Assembly: GCF_037042905.1 (NCBI RefSeq) | Contig: NC_087250.1 | Span: 10,542,001-10,606,000, forward strand | DNA: 64,000 bases | Source of the DNA: Lytechinus pictus | Taxonomy: Eukaryota | Direction of reading: 5' to 3' | Shown here: one piece after another, positions 1 to 30,652 of the stretch | How the letters are laid out: each line of letters opens with the position of its first letter | How positions within the stretch are numbered: the first letter of the stretch is position 1 | Position numbers and translations under genes: made by a program | Notes under the pieces: generated by a model | What the model was told of the DNA's origin: nothing | The model's input: only the letters and a program-made list of their open reading frames with translations | The model's database searches: none

Positions 1-342
1 ATACATAAGAGCTCGGTCTTGGTACCAGAATTTTTTCATTCACAATTGTTAGGAATGCTATAAAGAATATTTTCACCAAAAAATAGCATTCTAGGAGCTT
101 TATTTAGTGAATCAGAGCAAAAAGTATGATTTCATGAATAAATTAGCATAATTAATTCATATAAAATGAAAATATATGAATTCAGTGAAATTTACCAATG
201 CAACTGCGTAGATTACGTCATTCTCTACCATCATGCAAATTTTCGTTGTGATCGCGCAATCCACGGCTGAGATCTTAAGGGGGGGCCATAATGGCCCCCC
301 CCCGGGAATGACAAGAATCAAAATACCCCGGGAGATTGAGGG
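1..342. mobile_element. Right end of a related piggyBac-like element (truncated by the window edge)
   Basis: Similar to 57095-57441; ends …gaggg followed by TTAA. Confidence 0.7.
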
Positions 343-959
343 TTAACAATATGTATTCATGTCATGTCTAGACAAGAAGACAAAAAAAAAAAAATCTGTG
401 TATGGAGTTTGCTAAATCTCTTAAAAAAACCCTCACTGTAATAACTGGGTACCAAAAAGGAAAAATGTCTCAATCTCATTAAGAAGTGTTCCAAACTTTG
501 CTCAGATAAAATGCAAAACAGATCGTTTTAGAAAAAGTGCAATGCCATATTTCATTGATTTACTAAATTCTGAATAAATTATTACTTTCATACCCTTGAA
601 ATCAGCACAAATTTTTGGCCATTGTTCTATTCTTCATTTCAATCCAATTACTATTTGAATTTTTAATTGTCGAATATTGTATTTACATAGTTTTTCTTTT
701 CTTTTATTTTATTTTATTATATTTAATTAATTTGTACGCATGCTTGCTCTTTAAAAATTATTTATTATCTAGGTGAACATCTTATTGTAAACATGCTAAT
801 ATCAGCCTTTTGGCTGTGTAACATGTATTGTTTTTATACAAAATAAACTATGATTGAATTGAATTGAATGTATTGCACATGATATGGTACTTTTTGTTTT
901 GAGTGCCTCTGAATATTTAGAATTATGAATTATTAATATCATTATTATCATTTTCACAG

Positions 960-1088
960 GATTTGAATGTGGAGGAGTTTTTACCGTTACCCAAGTCCGA
1001 AGAACTTGTTGCCGTGGGAGCATCGTTAGACCCCGAGAAGAGCGTCGTCCCCATCACACACGGGACAAGAAGACGTGTGGGAGATCTG
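960..1088 (+). CDS. RP2: RP2 coding exon (129 nt, phase 0/0)
   Basis: ttttcacag acceptor, gtaaat donor, open frame DLNVEEFLPLPKSEEL…RRRVGDL. Confidence 0.85.
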
Positions 1089-4000
1089 GTAAATATATAT
1101 ATTAATCAATACCACTATATTGGTTTAAACATTTAAACCTGACTGTACTGTGCCATAGTAAGCATCTTCCTGGAGTAGGGAGGGGGAGGGATGTCGCTCA
1201 AGCCCCCTACGGTTTTGACGTGGTACATGTGTTCATTTAAAAGAAAATAAATGCATGTAAGCTCCAAATTATTAAGACAGTTTCTCCCCCAAAAAGTCAA
1301 ATTTAATCATTTATATATGTCCAATTCCTGACTACAGGAATGATTTAAACTATCAAACATACATTTTGCTTCAGATGCTCTTTGCAATTCACTGATGAAA
1401 ACAAAAAAGCTTAAACAGTATTAAATGTTTTTTATATTCATTGACACCAATTTATGCCAACAAGCTCATTATGTACTTCATTCAAATACATAAGAAAGTT
1501 TATTCATATCGTTTTTGTTCATTTTCTTTTATGTTATAGACATGTCTGATGTTGGTGTTTCGGAACGAGCATTCTGACGAAAGGATTAGAGCCATCATTA
1601 GGGAGGTTCACAAATCTGTAAGTATAATACAAAGTTCATTTATGCTACCCCCCTTGCCCACCCCCCCCTTGCCCTTCCCCCCTCCCCCTCCCCCTTCCAT
1701 ACTCGATCAATATCAGTTTTAAAAAAAAGTGTCGTCATTAGACAGATTTATAACTGGGTGATTTGACAAGTCAATGATAGTTGTAATTTAGTAAAATAAC
1801 TTACTGCCATTCAAAGTCTTTATGTACCCCCCCCTCCTTCCCGGGGGGGCCAATCTCTAGTAGTCTTTGACCACCCATAACTTATCTCTGTTGAAAGAAG
1901 AATTGGTAAGGATCACCATTTGACAGACATTGCAAGCTTGTGAGTTGAAAGCGAACGATAGGTGGAAAATTCAGTGTTAACAACTGGGCAATCCTGGTTT
2001 TTATGACCTCCCCCATTTGACCCCACTTGTTCCCTTTTATCCTTCTTACTTGCTGTACCGCAATCTCATAAATCATGGGGGATCGATCATTTTAGTATGC
2101 TGGGCCATTCCTATGGAATATACTTCCAAACGACATTATGCTATTTTTTTGTGTATACCACCTTAAAAATCATGAGAAACCTGGTTATTCACGCAAGCTT
2201 TCAAGTAAATTTAATTCTTCCCCTCTTGATAGGTTCCCATTTATTTTCTCTTTACTGTCTCTTTCATGTTGGATATCGGTGCATCACAAATGTCCATGTT
2301 ATTATTTTATCATTACATGGTTCCCACAGTCATGGAAAGTCCTGAAAAATCCTGGAAAAATTTGTGGTTGTGGAAAGTCAGGGAAATTGGAAAATTTGTG
2401 AAAAGTCATGGAATTGCATTTACCTCTCGGCTATGGCAGCTTTCCAGTTTGTTGTGTCTCACAACTCTCATTCTCTGATCATACTCTGCTATCGTAATTG
2501 GTGTTCATGATTTCCATTTCTCCCAGTTTTGAGACATCCCAACTCCCTGGAGGTCACAGGAAATCATGGAAAGCAGCAATGGAAAACTCATGGAATTCTG
2601 TTTTCAAATTTCTGTGGGAACCCTGCATTATAACTCGTTATGTTACAAGATTTGTTTTACTTTGTCTGTTCTCTTGAAAGTAAAAAGTCAGGGAGCGATG
2701 CAGTCAATCGCGAAAAAATATCAAGGGGAGGTGCTGAATCAGCCCCCCCCTGTCTTCTTAGGGTTATATTATCCTTCCTACTCTTTCATAGGTTTCCATC
2801 TATTTGCTCCTCTTTACTGTTGCATGAGCATCTTTGGATACCAGCACATCACAAATGTACGTGTAATTATTTTTATCATTATGATTCGTTTTGTTACAAG
2901 ATTTGTTTTCCATTGTCTGTTATCTTTTGTGGAGCGTTGTGGCCCAGTGGATTAGTCTTCGGACTTTGAAACAGAGGGTCGTGGGTTCCAATCCCAGCCA
3001 TGGCGTAATTTCCTTTCGGCAAGAAACTGATCCACAATGTGCTGCACTCAACCCAGGTGAGGTAAATGGGTACCGGTAGGGAGTAATTCCTTAAAAAGCT
3101 GTGTGCGCTATGAACGCCTAGCTTAGCCGGGTAATATAGGAGCGCCTTGAGCACCTAACAAGGTGGATATGTGCGCAATATAAATACCCTATATTATTAT
3201 TATTATTTTGGTAGAGTGACTGTGTACTACTCAACACAAGACAGACAAAATTGAATGAGCAAGATGTGATGAGGATGTTCGGCGGAAACCCTGTGCATAA
3301 GGAAGCTACGAAGAAAGGTAATCAAATAAATGTGACCAGGGGACCGTGTCATCAACATTTTTGTCCGACAAGTTGTCAGATCTGACATCTTTCCTTGATT
3401 CTGATTGGCTGAGAGGCACTGTTGCTATTGTAACTGTCGGATAAAATAGGACTTGTTGGACAAAACGTCCGACAAGTCCTTTCATGAAATGCTCCCCAGG
3501 GGCCCACTGCAGAAAGAGTTGCAATCAATTGCAAATCTAAAAATCAAGCGTAACTTGATTTTCTACCAATCGACAGCGCGCATCTGGGACTTGCGATTGA
3601 TTTTTTGGCTTGCGTTTAAATGTGACTCTTTCTGCAACGGGCCCCTGGTACCACAAAACCAACAATAAGTTGTCCAAAATGAATTCTGAGATATCATTGA
3701 GCTGAGAGAGCGCATCCTAAGCTTTATAATGGTATATAACTTGTCAAAATTGATCAACGATAACCTACAAAAGTGAGAGCTATCTTAAAAAAAGAAAAAA
3801 TAAGGAGGAAATAAGGTTTGAACTTTGGGTTCACTCAAGCATGAGATGTGCTCATAGTGCAATCTCGGTGAAACTTCCAAGCAGTCTGGGAAAAACAGTG
3901 TCAAAGAAACTCTTACACATGGATATCTCATCTTTTATTTAACTTTACAACATCAAATTTTGACATTGTGAAGAAGAAGAAGAAATTACTCTTTCAGATA

Positions 4001-4904
4001 AGAAATACTCCAATTTCTGCACTTTGAAGACCAAATTTCTATTTTGGCTATTTACAGAGTTCCTTCCCTGGTGACTTATTGTGAGAGAGATCGCCAGCCA
4101 CTAGGGTCGGGTCAAACCGACCAACCACCGGTGAAATTTCCTGCAGATTGGTCAACCCATGAAACAAAGAAAAAAGTTAGAAATGCACTAGAGTCGAAGA
4201 CTCGCAAGAAACCTGTTTAAGAACTAAATTTCCTAAAACTTGATATTATTCACCAAATGGGACTTGTGAGACTACCATGCTTGACTTCTCCATTATAATT
4301 TATCGTTCCAGATTGTTAGAATATTGTTGCATTTGCGCTGCTTTTTTTTGTTTTAAAGTATTGCATTCCTCGCTTCTAGCCGTGAGCTGGTTCTATAACT
4401 CCAGCGGAGTATTTACGATTTGCAAACAAAAATTAACTTAGCCGCGTCCATACGTAATGCAAGTATATCATAACACTTTATTTAATTCTTTGTTGTTATT
4501 TTATTTTCAATACGTTATTACTACTACATTGTAAGTAGCCTTGCAGAAAAATACAGTGTAGGCAAATGATGATTGTGCTCCCACAAAAAATGCAATTTGC
4601 CTTGCCCAAAAATGGCAACTAGGTTATATCATAATGGTCATTTGGCAGAAGTAGTTGTTGGAAACAGCCATGGTGTAGAAAATATTAATTTGTCTCCTTC
4701 AACATGCCTTCCTTATATTTCTCTCCTCATATAGGCCTTGTCACATCACTGGAAATCAATGGCACGGACACAATTAACAGATGCCGGAGCATCATCGAGC
4801 AGGTTGCTGGTGACTGCGTCATATACCTATCCGCAGATCAGGAAGCGGCCTCCCGCGATCACGACAACTGGGTAAATTTCATCGATTCCCAGATGACCAT
4901 GTGA
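960..4904 (+). CDS. RP2: RP2/XRP2 (retinitis pigmentosa 2 homologue, ARL3 GAP), 3' part: last four coding exons; 5' exons lie upstream of the window
   Basis: Manually spliced GT-AG exons 960-1088, 1540-1617, 3215-3317 and 4735-4904 join in frame: DLNVEEFLPLPKSEELVAVGASLDPEKSVVPITHGTRRRVGDL-TCLMLVFRNEHSDERIRAIIREVHKS-SDCVLLNTRQTKLNEQDVMRMFGGNPVHKEATKKG-LVTSLEINGTDTINRCRSIIEQVAGDCVIYLSADQEAASRDHDNWVNFIDSQMTM*. From memory this matches the C-terminal NDK-like region of vertebrate RP2 (…VPIPTTEEL…SIVPISRG…CLVVLF…GPVIALEFNG…FADIQMGI). Confidence 0.88.
1540..1617 (+). CDS. RP2: RP2 coding exon (78 nt)
   Basis: atgttatag acceptor, gtaagt donor, TCLMLVFRNEHSDERIRAIIREVHKS. Confidence 0.85.
2316..2625. 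mobile_element. MITE with 5-bp TSD (hAT5-like)
   Basis: catggttcccacag / ctgtgggaaccctg ends; TSD catta. Confidence 0.72.
2929..3207 (+). mobile_element. tRNA-derived SINE, full length
   Basis: A box tggcccagtgg, B box ggttccaatcc, core ctgcactcaacccaggtgaggtaaatgggtacc, tail gagcgccttgagcac…(tat)n. Confidence 0.88.
3215..3317 (+). CDS. RP2: RP2 coding exon (103 nt)
   Basis: ttttggtag acceptor, gtaatc donor, SDCVLLNTRQTKLNEQDVMRMFGGNPVHKEATKK(G); phase fits both neighbours. Confidence 0.8.
3338..3645. mobile_element. Two abutting short MITEs
   Basis: 3338-3497 (tgtccgacaag inverted motifs) plus 3499-3645 (ggggccc…gcagaaagag family). Confidence 0.65.
4735..4904 (+). CDS. RP2: RP2 terminal coding exon (to TGA)
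   Basis: Pyrimidine tract plus atag acceptor; GLVTSLEINGTDT…FIDSQMTM* (overlaps track ORF 4704..4904). Confidence 0.87.
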
Positions 4905-6294
4905 GCAGGAAGCCATGGCTGATTGAGGCTGTCATCTTAGATTTCATTGATTTAAGTCCCACATGCAGTGATTTGTGTTGGGTTGCGCCATGTAGTCCCA
5001 TATAGAGTGGATTGTGTAAGTAGGAAGGGGGTGTGTAGTCCCATATGGGGTGGATTCACGTAAGTCGTGAGGGCTTGTGTAGTCCCGCCTGCTCTGTTTT
5101 GAGTAAGGATTCCCTGCAGGGTAATATTGGCATGAAGTTCACTTATTTTAATATTTGAAAGGGTTTGTGATTGATTCAAAGAAAAGTGCAGTACTTAATA
5201 ACAATATTTTGTATTCAAGGCCTATCTCACTGTCTGTAGGGAGATGCATGGGTGCAAATCCATGCCATTTGTAACCTCACACATCAACAACATGTATTTG
5301 GTGACAACTGCCTTTTGTGTCACCAATTGTACATGTGTGATGTCGTCTACAGGATTGCGAGGCCGATTGTGACAAAAACGTCTTTATCTAATATTTATTT
5401 ATAATAGTTATTGATGCAAATTTACTTATGAAATCATAATCATTTGATTGATAAGATTGAGCTATTTGATTTAAAATGCTTGTGTGATGATTGAAAGTAT
5501 GTATGGATTTTTCATTTAGTGGTGTGATAGGTTACAAATAATGCACAGGCATGAGAGTGTGAGTGGCCATGCAGCACATCAGAGTTTTATATTGTGTGAG
5601 AAGCATGAGGCACTTGCGCCAAACATTTATGTGTAATTACCGAGATGCCTGCATTAGCTCATTACCTTTCCAATTTCAATCTGTGCATTATTTACTTTAT
5701 AAATTGTTTCAGCATTTTGAGAATTTGTTAATCTCTCAAAATTTCCTCACATCAATTGCACAGACGAAGAGGCAACGTTTGTCTTTTATTGTGAAATCAC
5801 ATTAGTGTTGCCAATATAATTGCGGGGCCGAGTAACTGCCTCAAAATCCTTGCCATAGCCTTTGACTTCATTGGCATCACAGTTTTATGCCGCAGAGGTT
5901 AAGTGGTGCATCAAAAAAAAAATGCACAGTGCTGCAACGACCATTGCAGCATTGTATGGGTGCATAGAATTAAAGTGTGAACACATGATTTGCGTAAGCA
6001 ATCGCCATTGGCTACATCCGTGAACTTGTCTTAATTTTGATTTTGACAATGAAAATACCTCACCCTACCCATGCCACTGGCTGTGATTTTGTACAAATGT
6101 GTGAGTGGTGCAAATTTTACTAAAGCGATTATTGGCTTGTAATATATGCTTCACGTTTGTTACATGTTTATGTTACCTTTTATGTCCAAGGAAAAGTTTT
6201 TTTTGGCATGTTATATTTTCCTCTCAGCTTTTAATTTGGACAAATTGCAAAAAAACCCAAACATTTGGAGGCATAAAATATAACCTTCTCTTAA

Positions 6295-6870
6295 AGGACA
6301 AGTCCACCTCAACAAAAAGTTGATTTGCATAAAAAGAGAAAAATCCAACAAACATAACACTGAAAATCGGATGTAAAATAAGGAAGTTATGACATTTTAA
6401 AGTTTCGCTTAATTTCACAAAACAGTTATATGCACATCCTGTTTGGTATGCAAATGAGGAGACTATGACGTCATCCACTCACTATTTCTTTTGTTTTTTA
6501 TTATATAAAATATGAAATATTCTAATTTTCTCCCCATTGAAAGTGATACAATGATTAATTCCTCCCTGAACATGTGGAATTAGCATTGTTTAATACTATA
6601 TGGTTCAGTCAAGTTGGTCCTTATTGTCAAATCTATAAAAAATGACATATTCTGTAATTCAAACAATAAAAAACAAAAGAAATAGTGAGTGATGGACATC
6701 GACTGACTCACCTAGTTGTGCATGTCACTGTTTTGTGAAAAATAAGCGAAACTTAAAAATGTCATAACTTTCTTATTTTACATCCGATTTTGATGAAATT
6801 TTCAGCACTATGCTAGTTTGATTTTTCTCTAATTATTCAAGTCAGCTTTTACCTGGGGTGGACTTGACCT
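6295..6870. mobile_element. TTAA-flanked MITE with long TIRs (Kolobok-like)
   Basis: ttaa-aggacaagtccacc … ggtggacttgacct-ttaa; inverted copy at 43544-44148. Confidence 0.8.
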
Positions 6871-7311
6871 TTAAAAAGTGTAATATACTACCTTCTCTTA
6901 AAAAAAGAGCACTGAAAATAATCGCTAATTGTATCATGAATTTTGTTTTCCTGTTAATAACAGAAGTATGTTGTTATATGACATGTAAAGAGACAAGTGT
7001 TAGAAGCATTTTTGTAGAAACTGTATCTTTTTTATATAATTAATTTATGAATACTACTTGAATGTGTATACTTGTATTGTATGTATTGTGTGTTAAATCA
7101 TATATTTGTTTGTACCTTGACATTAATCTGTATTCATTGCATGTTTGTGTATTAAGAATAGATAATGTGAATTGAGTGAATGTTATATTTGATGAATGTG
7201 CTTTATATGTATCTGATTGAATACATGATTTTATCCTGCGAGTAAGAACAGTTCACAAGTTTTATTAAATCTCTCCCTTTGGGTTTTATCCATTTATCAG
7301 CTTTGTATTAC

Positions 7312-7505
7312 TCATCATCATCATCAGCATCACCACCAGTATGGTCATCATCATCATCACCACCATCATCATCATCATCATCATCACCACCACCATCATC
7401 TTCATCATTATCATCACCATCATCATCATCATCACCACCACCATCATCATCATCATCACCACCACCATCATCTTCATCATTATCATCATTACCTTGTTCA
7501 CCACC
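7312..7505. repeat. (CAT/CAC)n microsatellite
   Basis: Directly visible. Confidence 0.95.
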
Positions 7506-10500
7506 CATTATTAGTCTGTATTCCACCAGACATAAAACCTTGATTTTTTTCTCAATTATCTGTGCTATGTGTACATGCTTTTATAATTTTCTATAGGGGA
7601 AGCAGATAAAATGCTGATAAATATTGGTGGAGGTTTGATGAAATCCATCAATGAGTGACAGTTACAAAATAATAAAGCCTAATTTGTGACGTCATATGTG
7701 AACAACTCCACCGTACATCATGTACATGTAAAATACATTCCATCAATTTTTTTTTTTTATTGGAGCACTGATAAATAATATCATTTTTCTTAATAGGAGG
7801 TATGATATGGCTCTTGCTCAATAAAATCACTTTCACTTTTTTTAGAAAATGTTTTATTATGGAATTTATATCACACAGAAATGGAGCTGCTCGTCTGTGG
7901 CATCACAAAACCCAAAGTTAGCAATCCATAAAGTTCCTATTCTTTGACGGATTTCCACCAAACCTTCACCGAAAAATTTTCTCTACTTTTCTGCTTTTAT
8001 TAAAACAAACTTATTGTGAGGGTGAAATTCCCCTTGAAGAATTCAATAATTTTGCTCATCTTTCGATTGTAATGTATTTTCAAATGGCATCACCTTGGTT
8101 TGTTTATTAATGATGTAATATTTCATTTTGAATTGATTATTGTATATTACAGATCTTTCTTACATGTATGTATATGTATATTGAGATCAATGTTGAATAA
8201 AGCAAGTACATAAACTATAGAATACCTGAGAAAAGTTTAATACATGTATTTCTTTTATGTCATATATTCTTTAACTGTTGACCAGGCTTTAGTCACTAGT
8301 GTTATACTGGTTTTCATGGGGCTCAAAAATGTGTTGCGCTTGACCGATGTAGAAAATTTCAAATTCTATGTGGCAAAAGGGTGCCAAACATGGTTAGTTT
8401 TGGAAGCTTTGACATTCATTTGCTAGTCTTTTTTTTAATTCAAATTGAAAAAAAAAAAAATACTTGTGAATGTTTCCCTCGTCCTTGTACGATACGATTG
8501 TGGACATTTATGTCTTTTGTGAAATTTTTTGGAACCTTGTGAATACCATGCCTAAAAACTAGGTAAATTCCATCATATTCATAAATACAATAAATTTCCC
8601 AGACTTGTTCTGAGCATTTAAAGCAAATGGGGAAAAACAATATACATCAAATATCATGTCTGGCTATGCTCAAAACAAGCAATTTTTCTGCAATAATTCA
8701 ATAAAATGTCACATTCATTTTGCGAGTAATTTAATGTTAAATGTCATGGAAAGAACTGTTTAAATGGTGTAGATTTCAAATTGTGATGCTTTGAAACTCA
8801 CTAAATCGCCCATGAACATTACTGGCTATTTCGGAAGAATTACAAACAAGTAATTTCATTCCCATCCTCATGCTGACACCACTATACATGACAATAAAAA
8901 TCTTTAACAAATTTGCATATAATCAATCTCTTTATATTTTAATTATAGGTGAATATTTTATTTACATTAAATCAATGTAGAGATTAGATCATGATTATTC
9001 ATTTGATTTAATAAATTATGAACATTTTCATTTAAATACAGTGGAAACATGGCACAGTAAAACATCCTATTTGAAACAAGTCTTCATTACATAATATGCC
9101 AAAAGTGTTTATTTACCTCTTCATCTAATATGCTTTTCACACTGCATTTGCTTAACCTCATACTATCTTTTTTGGGGGGTTTCACACTGTCTTTCTTAAC
9201 CCCATGCTATTTGCTTAGCCGGGGTTAACGCCTTAACCCCGGACTATCGCAGAGCTCATGAATATTGATGATTTTCCCACACAGAGCGTGATTAACATGC
9301 AAATTCGACTTCTCTGATTGGCTTATGCTTAGCCCCACTTTTCATTTTCCCAAGAGGCATTGTGAATTTTGGCCTGTCCGCTGCGACCCCATTGGCGCAC
9401 CGTATTGAGAATCCACCAAATTCTCACATTTAATCACACACAACAATTAAAGGGGGGAATGCAGGAGAGCCGCTATGAAAAGACGCGAAGTGCCTTAATG
9501 AGACGCACAGACGCCTGACAAGGTACAAAAGTCCAATTATGTCAACTAAGGCTGAATTAAAACAAAATAAATGATAGTCTAAAATTCTTACATTTGATTG
9601 TCATGCTGTTTGGTCCAATTCTACGATCAACATCTGAAATGTATACATGCGTAGTTACGATTAATCCACTAAAAAAACTGAAGCAAATCAAACCCACTGA
9701 GGCTGAATTGAAAAAAAAAATGATAGTTTAAAATTCTGATTTTACATCTAATTGTCATGCTGTTCGGTCCAATTAAACGATCAAAATCTTGTGCAGTTGC
9801 GATTAATCCGCTAAAAACTCAAATATACACAGGCAGTGAAACCACTGTCAAGGAGGCTTTGTTTACAAAGACTTGTGAATGACTAGAGTCATTCTTAAGA
9901 ACGGCGCACATTACACATACAGCACGATTTTTCAACAAATCACACTTTGCATTAAAAGTAAAAGCTCCAAGAATTAACATTTCACTTGAAGTTTGGCATA
10001 ATGCTAGATATACCAAAATCAGAATTCTACTTTGCGGAAAGTCTTGTGGTCGGTGGAAAGTCCAAATCAGCTTCAAGCCGATGATGACGTCATTACGACT
10101 TGGAATTGAATGTGCTTTAATTTGTGCACGAAAGCTCCAAATAGACTGGGATTTTGGTTTCAATATACATACTGTTCGCAACTATGATTGTTAATATTTT
10201 ATGGGTGGGAATTTACATATCAAATGTTGTTACAATTTCTTTGAAAATCGGGTTGCAATGGATCGTGTAGTGTGTGCCAGGCTGTGCTGTGCCGACGTGC
10301 ACTTAAATAAATGCATAATCCCATTGATTAAATTACAGTGCAGTAGCAACTTCCTCTCAGCTTTGAACTTAAAAATAAGTGATACAAGAATTTGATTGCT
10401 CACACCGTGGACCCTACTAGGGTCCAAGCTCACATTGTTTCCATCTTGACAACAATTGCTTATCTTCAAGAATAAAAATTTGAAGAAAATAGACAATTTA

Positions 10501-12715
10501 TAGATATTAAAAATATAGCTTTCCATCATAATACATGAAACTCGATTTACAACAAAATTTGAGAATCATCTAATTCAGAAAGAACATGAAGTTCATGCAC
10601 GCAACAACATTTCATACAAGAGTGGCAATTAATTGTAACTATGGCAGTTAATTATCGCCAGAAGTATATATGTCAGAGACAATATGGAAATAAAAAATCC
10701 ATAAAATACAAACTTAAGGCAATATCATCACCATATGTCATACCAACAAGGCACATTCACTCATACAACCATCTACATTAAGCATTACATTAAATAGGAG
10801 ATTGGTGATTTATTAATATTTTGATTGCACACATTCTAAATAACACATCTTTATACATATAGAGTTCAGTCAGCATTAATTGACCTTTCAAAACATTGAG
10901 TTATGTCAGGGCATATTTTCTGACTAGGGGGTTGTTTCACAAAACTTTAAGTACGACTCAAGAGTCGCACTTAAATGCCAACGCCTACACGATATGCAAT
11001 GCGCAAACTTATTGATCAAGACGCAGTAGTGCGCGTCCTCTTGGCATGGTCTGATCAATGCGGTCATGCCTTTTCTGACACACACAACTCGGCATTTAAG
11101 TCGTACTTAAATCTTTGTGAAACGCCCCCCTGATTATTAATAGCATGATTGTCTATTTGCCAAGTCAAACAAGACTCACGTTAAGCAGATCATGGCCGTA
11201 CGCAGCAGGGGCAGTTGCCCCTTCGAAAGTCCGAAAAATCTGTTTTTCAATTAAAATTCACCCCCCCCCCCCCCCCCCCCCCGGAAAAAAAAAATCACCA
11301 AACGTGTCCACAGAATCCTTCGATTTCACATTAAGAAATGCAGAAGTACTCACATGTCACACTCTGTCGCTTTGGTTCCTCGCTTTTGAGTTTCTTCAAT
11401 TTTTATGCATCTCCCCCCCATCCCCTAAGAAAAAAAATTAAAGTCCAGCCAAAAAACAGATTACTATGGTTCCACAAGGTTTGAAGCAGAGTTTCATAAA
11501 AAATTCCATGTCACTTTCAAGTCCATCAACAAAGCTGAAAGTATATTACATGACAGATGGTAAATATTCTGTCCCAAATATACGGATTTCGGCTGAAAAC
11601 TTGCATCTTTTTATGTTCCTTAAATATCCAATCGCCAATTTCAGTCAATACTTATTTAGTAAAGCTGCAAAATTTTTAACACATATATTGATTGATATTT
11701 AAAAAAAAACCCAGATGACTATGGTCCCACAAGATTTGATGCAGAGAGTTGCATCTAAAATTCCATATCCGAGTCATTTATCACATCCATCAACAAACCT
11801 AGTATATTACATGAAAGATAGTACATTTTCAGTCCCAAAAATACAGATTTTGGCTGGAAACTTGCATCTCTTTATCCCTTGAATTATCCAAATTGCCAAT
11901 TTAAGTCAACACTTTAGAAGCTGCAAAAAAATTTCACACATATATTGATTGATGTAAACAAATTATATAACAAAATAAACAGCATCTGTATCATACATTT
12001 TTGTCACTAACATGAATGTCCCCCTCTTTTCTTGTACATAATAAATCCTTATAAGAACAGAAAATGACAAAAACCAGTCATTAATACCAATTTACCAAGT
12101 GACCAAAATCAAGGAATTTTAACATTTTTTTGTTCACGCCCTCTTTAAAAATAGGAACAAAATTACGAAATGCGAGCGCGGAGTGCAAGCGGGATATTTT
12201 GAGCTACGTATCGAGGTAAACAATTCCTTAAATGTAACATGAATATCGAAAGTTGCTACGTTTAATTCTTGTTCCATTATAATTTTCAGATTTCGCATAA
12301 TTTCCTGGAATTTTTTCATTTCCCGAACCTTTCCTGGAAAAAGTAAAAACTCTCCTGAAATTTCGGGAAGAGTGAAAACACTGCTGCAACGTCAACATCT
12401 AAAATGCATGTCTGTTCAGAATATCTTCTAGATATGATGTACACTCACTGTTTTCTTGACAATTCAGTGTGCTCCTCTTTGTTTACAAAAGACATAATTG
12501 TGCAAATTTACCTGTAGGAACAAATGATGACATTGATGGATTTCCATATAGTCGCGATTGACTGAATCAATCGCAATTCTTTGTAAGACGAGGCTGTGGT
12601 CACACTCTCTATCAATCATTTAATTAGGTCCCAATTAGTGACTTTTAATAGAACATGGAGTATTAATCCTAAAACAATGGATTTCTTTGGCCCATCGTCC
12701 GATCGTCTGTTTCAT

Positions 12716-29744
<17,029 letters not shown>

Positions 29745-30378
29745 GGTAACAGGTCTGGTGAATCCTTGGAAGATGGGAGAATGTGGTAAATGATAAATAC
29801 ACCTACAGAAATGAAATAAAAAAATGACAATGATAAGTGACTTTCTATAGAGTACCGAAGTGATGACATCACAAAAAACTTTTTTAAAGCATTTTAGCGT
29901 GTTTGATACCATATTTTGGTAGAGCATGATGAACCCCCCCCACTACCAAAATTTGGTGGGAATCGGTCCATGGGGGCCATAGATATGATCTCATGAATTC
30001 ATAATTGGCTCCAGTGGAAGTCAGTGTATTATTGGCCTGGTTCTAAATTTAAGAACCAGGCCAATAATACATTGACTTCAATGGGACTAATTATGTATGC
30101 AAGAGGTCATATCTTGGGGCCCCATGGACCGATTCCCACCAAATTTGGGTTGTGGGAGTTTTTCATCATGCTCAACCAAAATATGGTTAAAAAAATGCTG
30201 TTGATGATGTCACACTTCAGTACTCTAAAGGCTCGTATTCTAAAGTCGGTTTAAACCTAGACCATGGTCTAACCCTGCGCAAAAAAAGTCAAATATTGTT
30301 TACATTGTACTGGTAAATATTTTTCTTTAAATTTACTGTGCTCTTTCCTAATGCTTTAATTGCGAAGACAACTATCTT

Positions 30379-30652
30379 GTAGCGGTGTTGTGGCTCAGTG
30401 GATAAGTCTCTGGACTGTGAACCACAAGGTCCGGGGTTCAAATCCCACCACAGCACTAGCGTCCTTTGGCAAGGCGTTTATCTACATTTGCCACTCTCCA
30501 CCCAGGTTTAGTTAATGGTTACCCGGTAGGAAAGTATTTCTTGAATGCTCGATGCGCGGGATCAGGGTATCCGTACTAAAGCCGGGGTAATAGTATCCAG
30601 CGCTTAGAAACATTTGTATCAAGCGCTCTATAAATGTTGCATATTATTATTA
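30379..30652 (+). mobile_element. tRNA-derived SINE nested in a palindromic MITE
   Basis: tggctcagtgg A box, ggttcaaatcc B box, ctctccacccagg core, agcgct…(tat)n tail. Confidence 0.82.
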
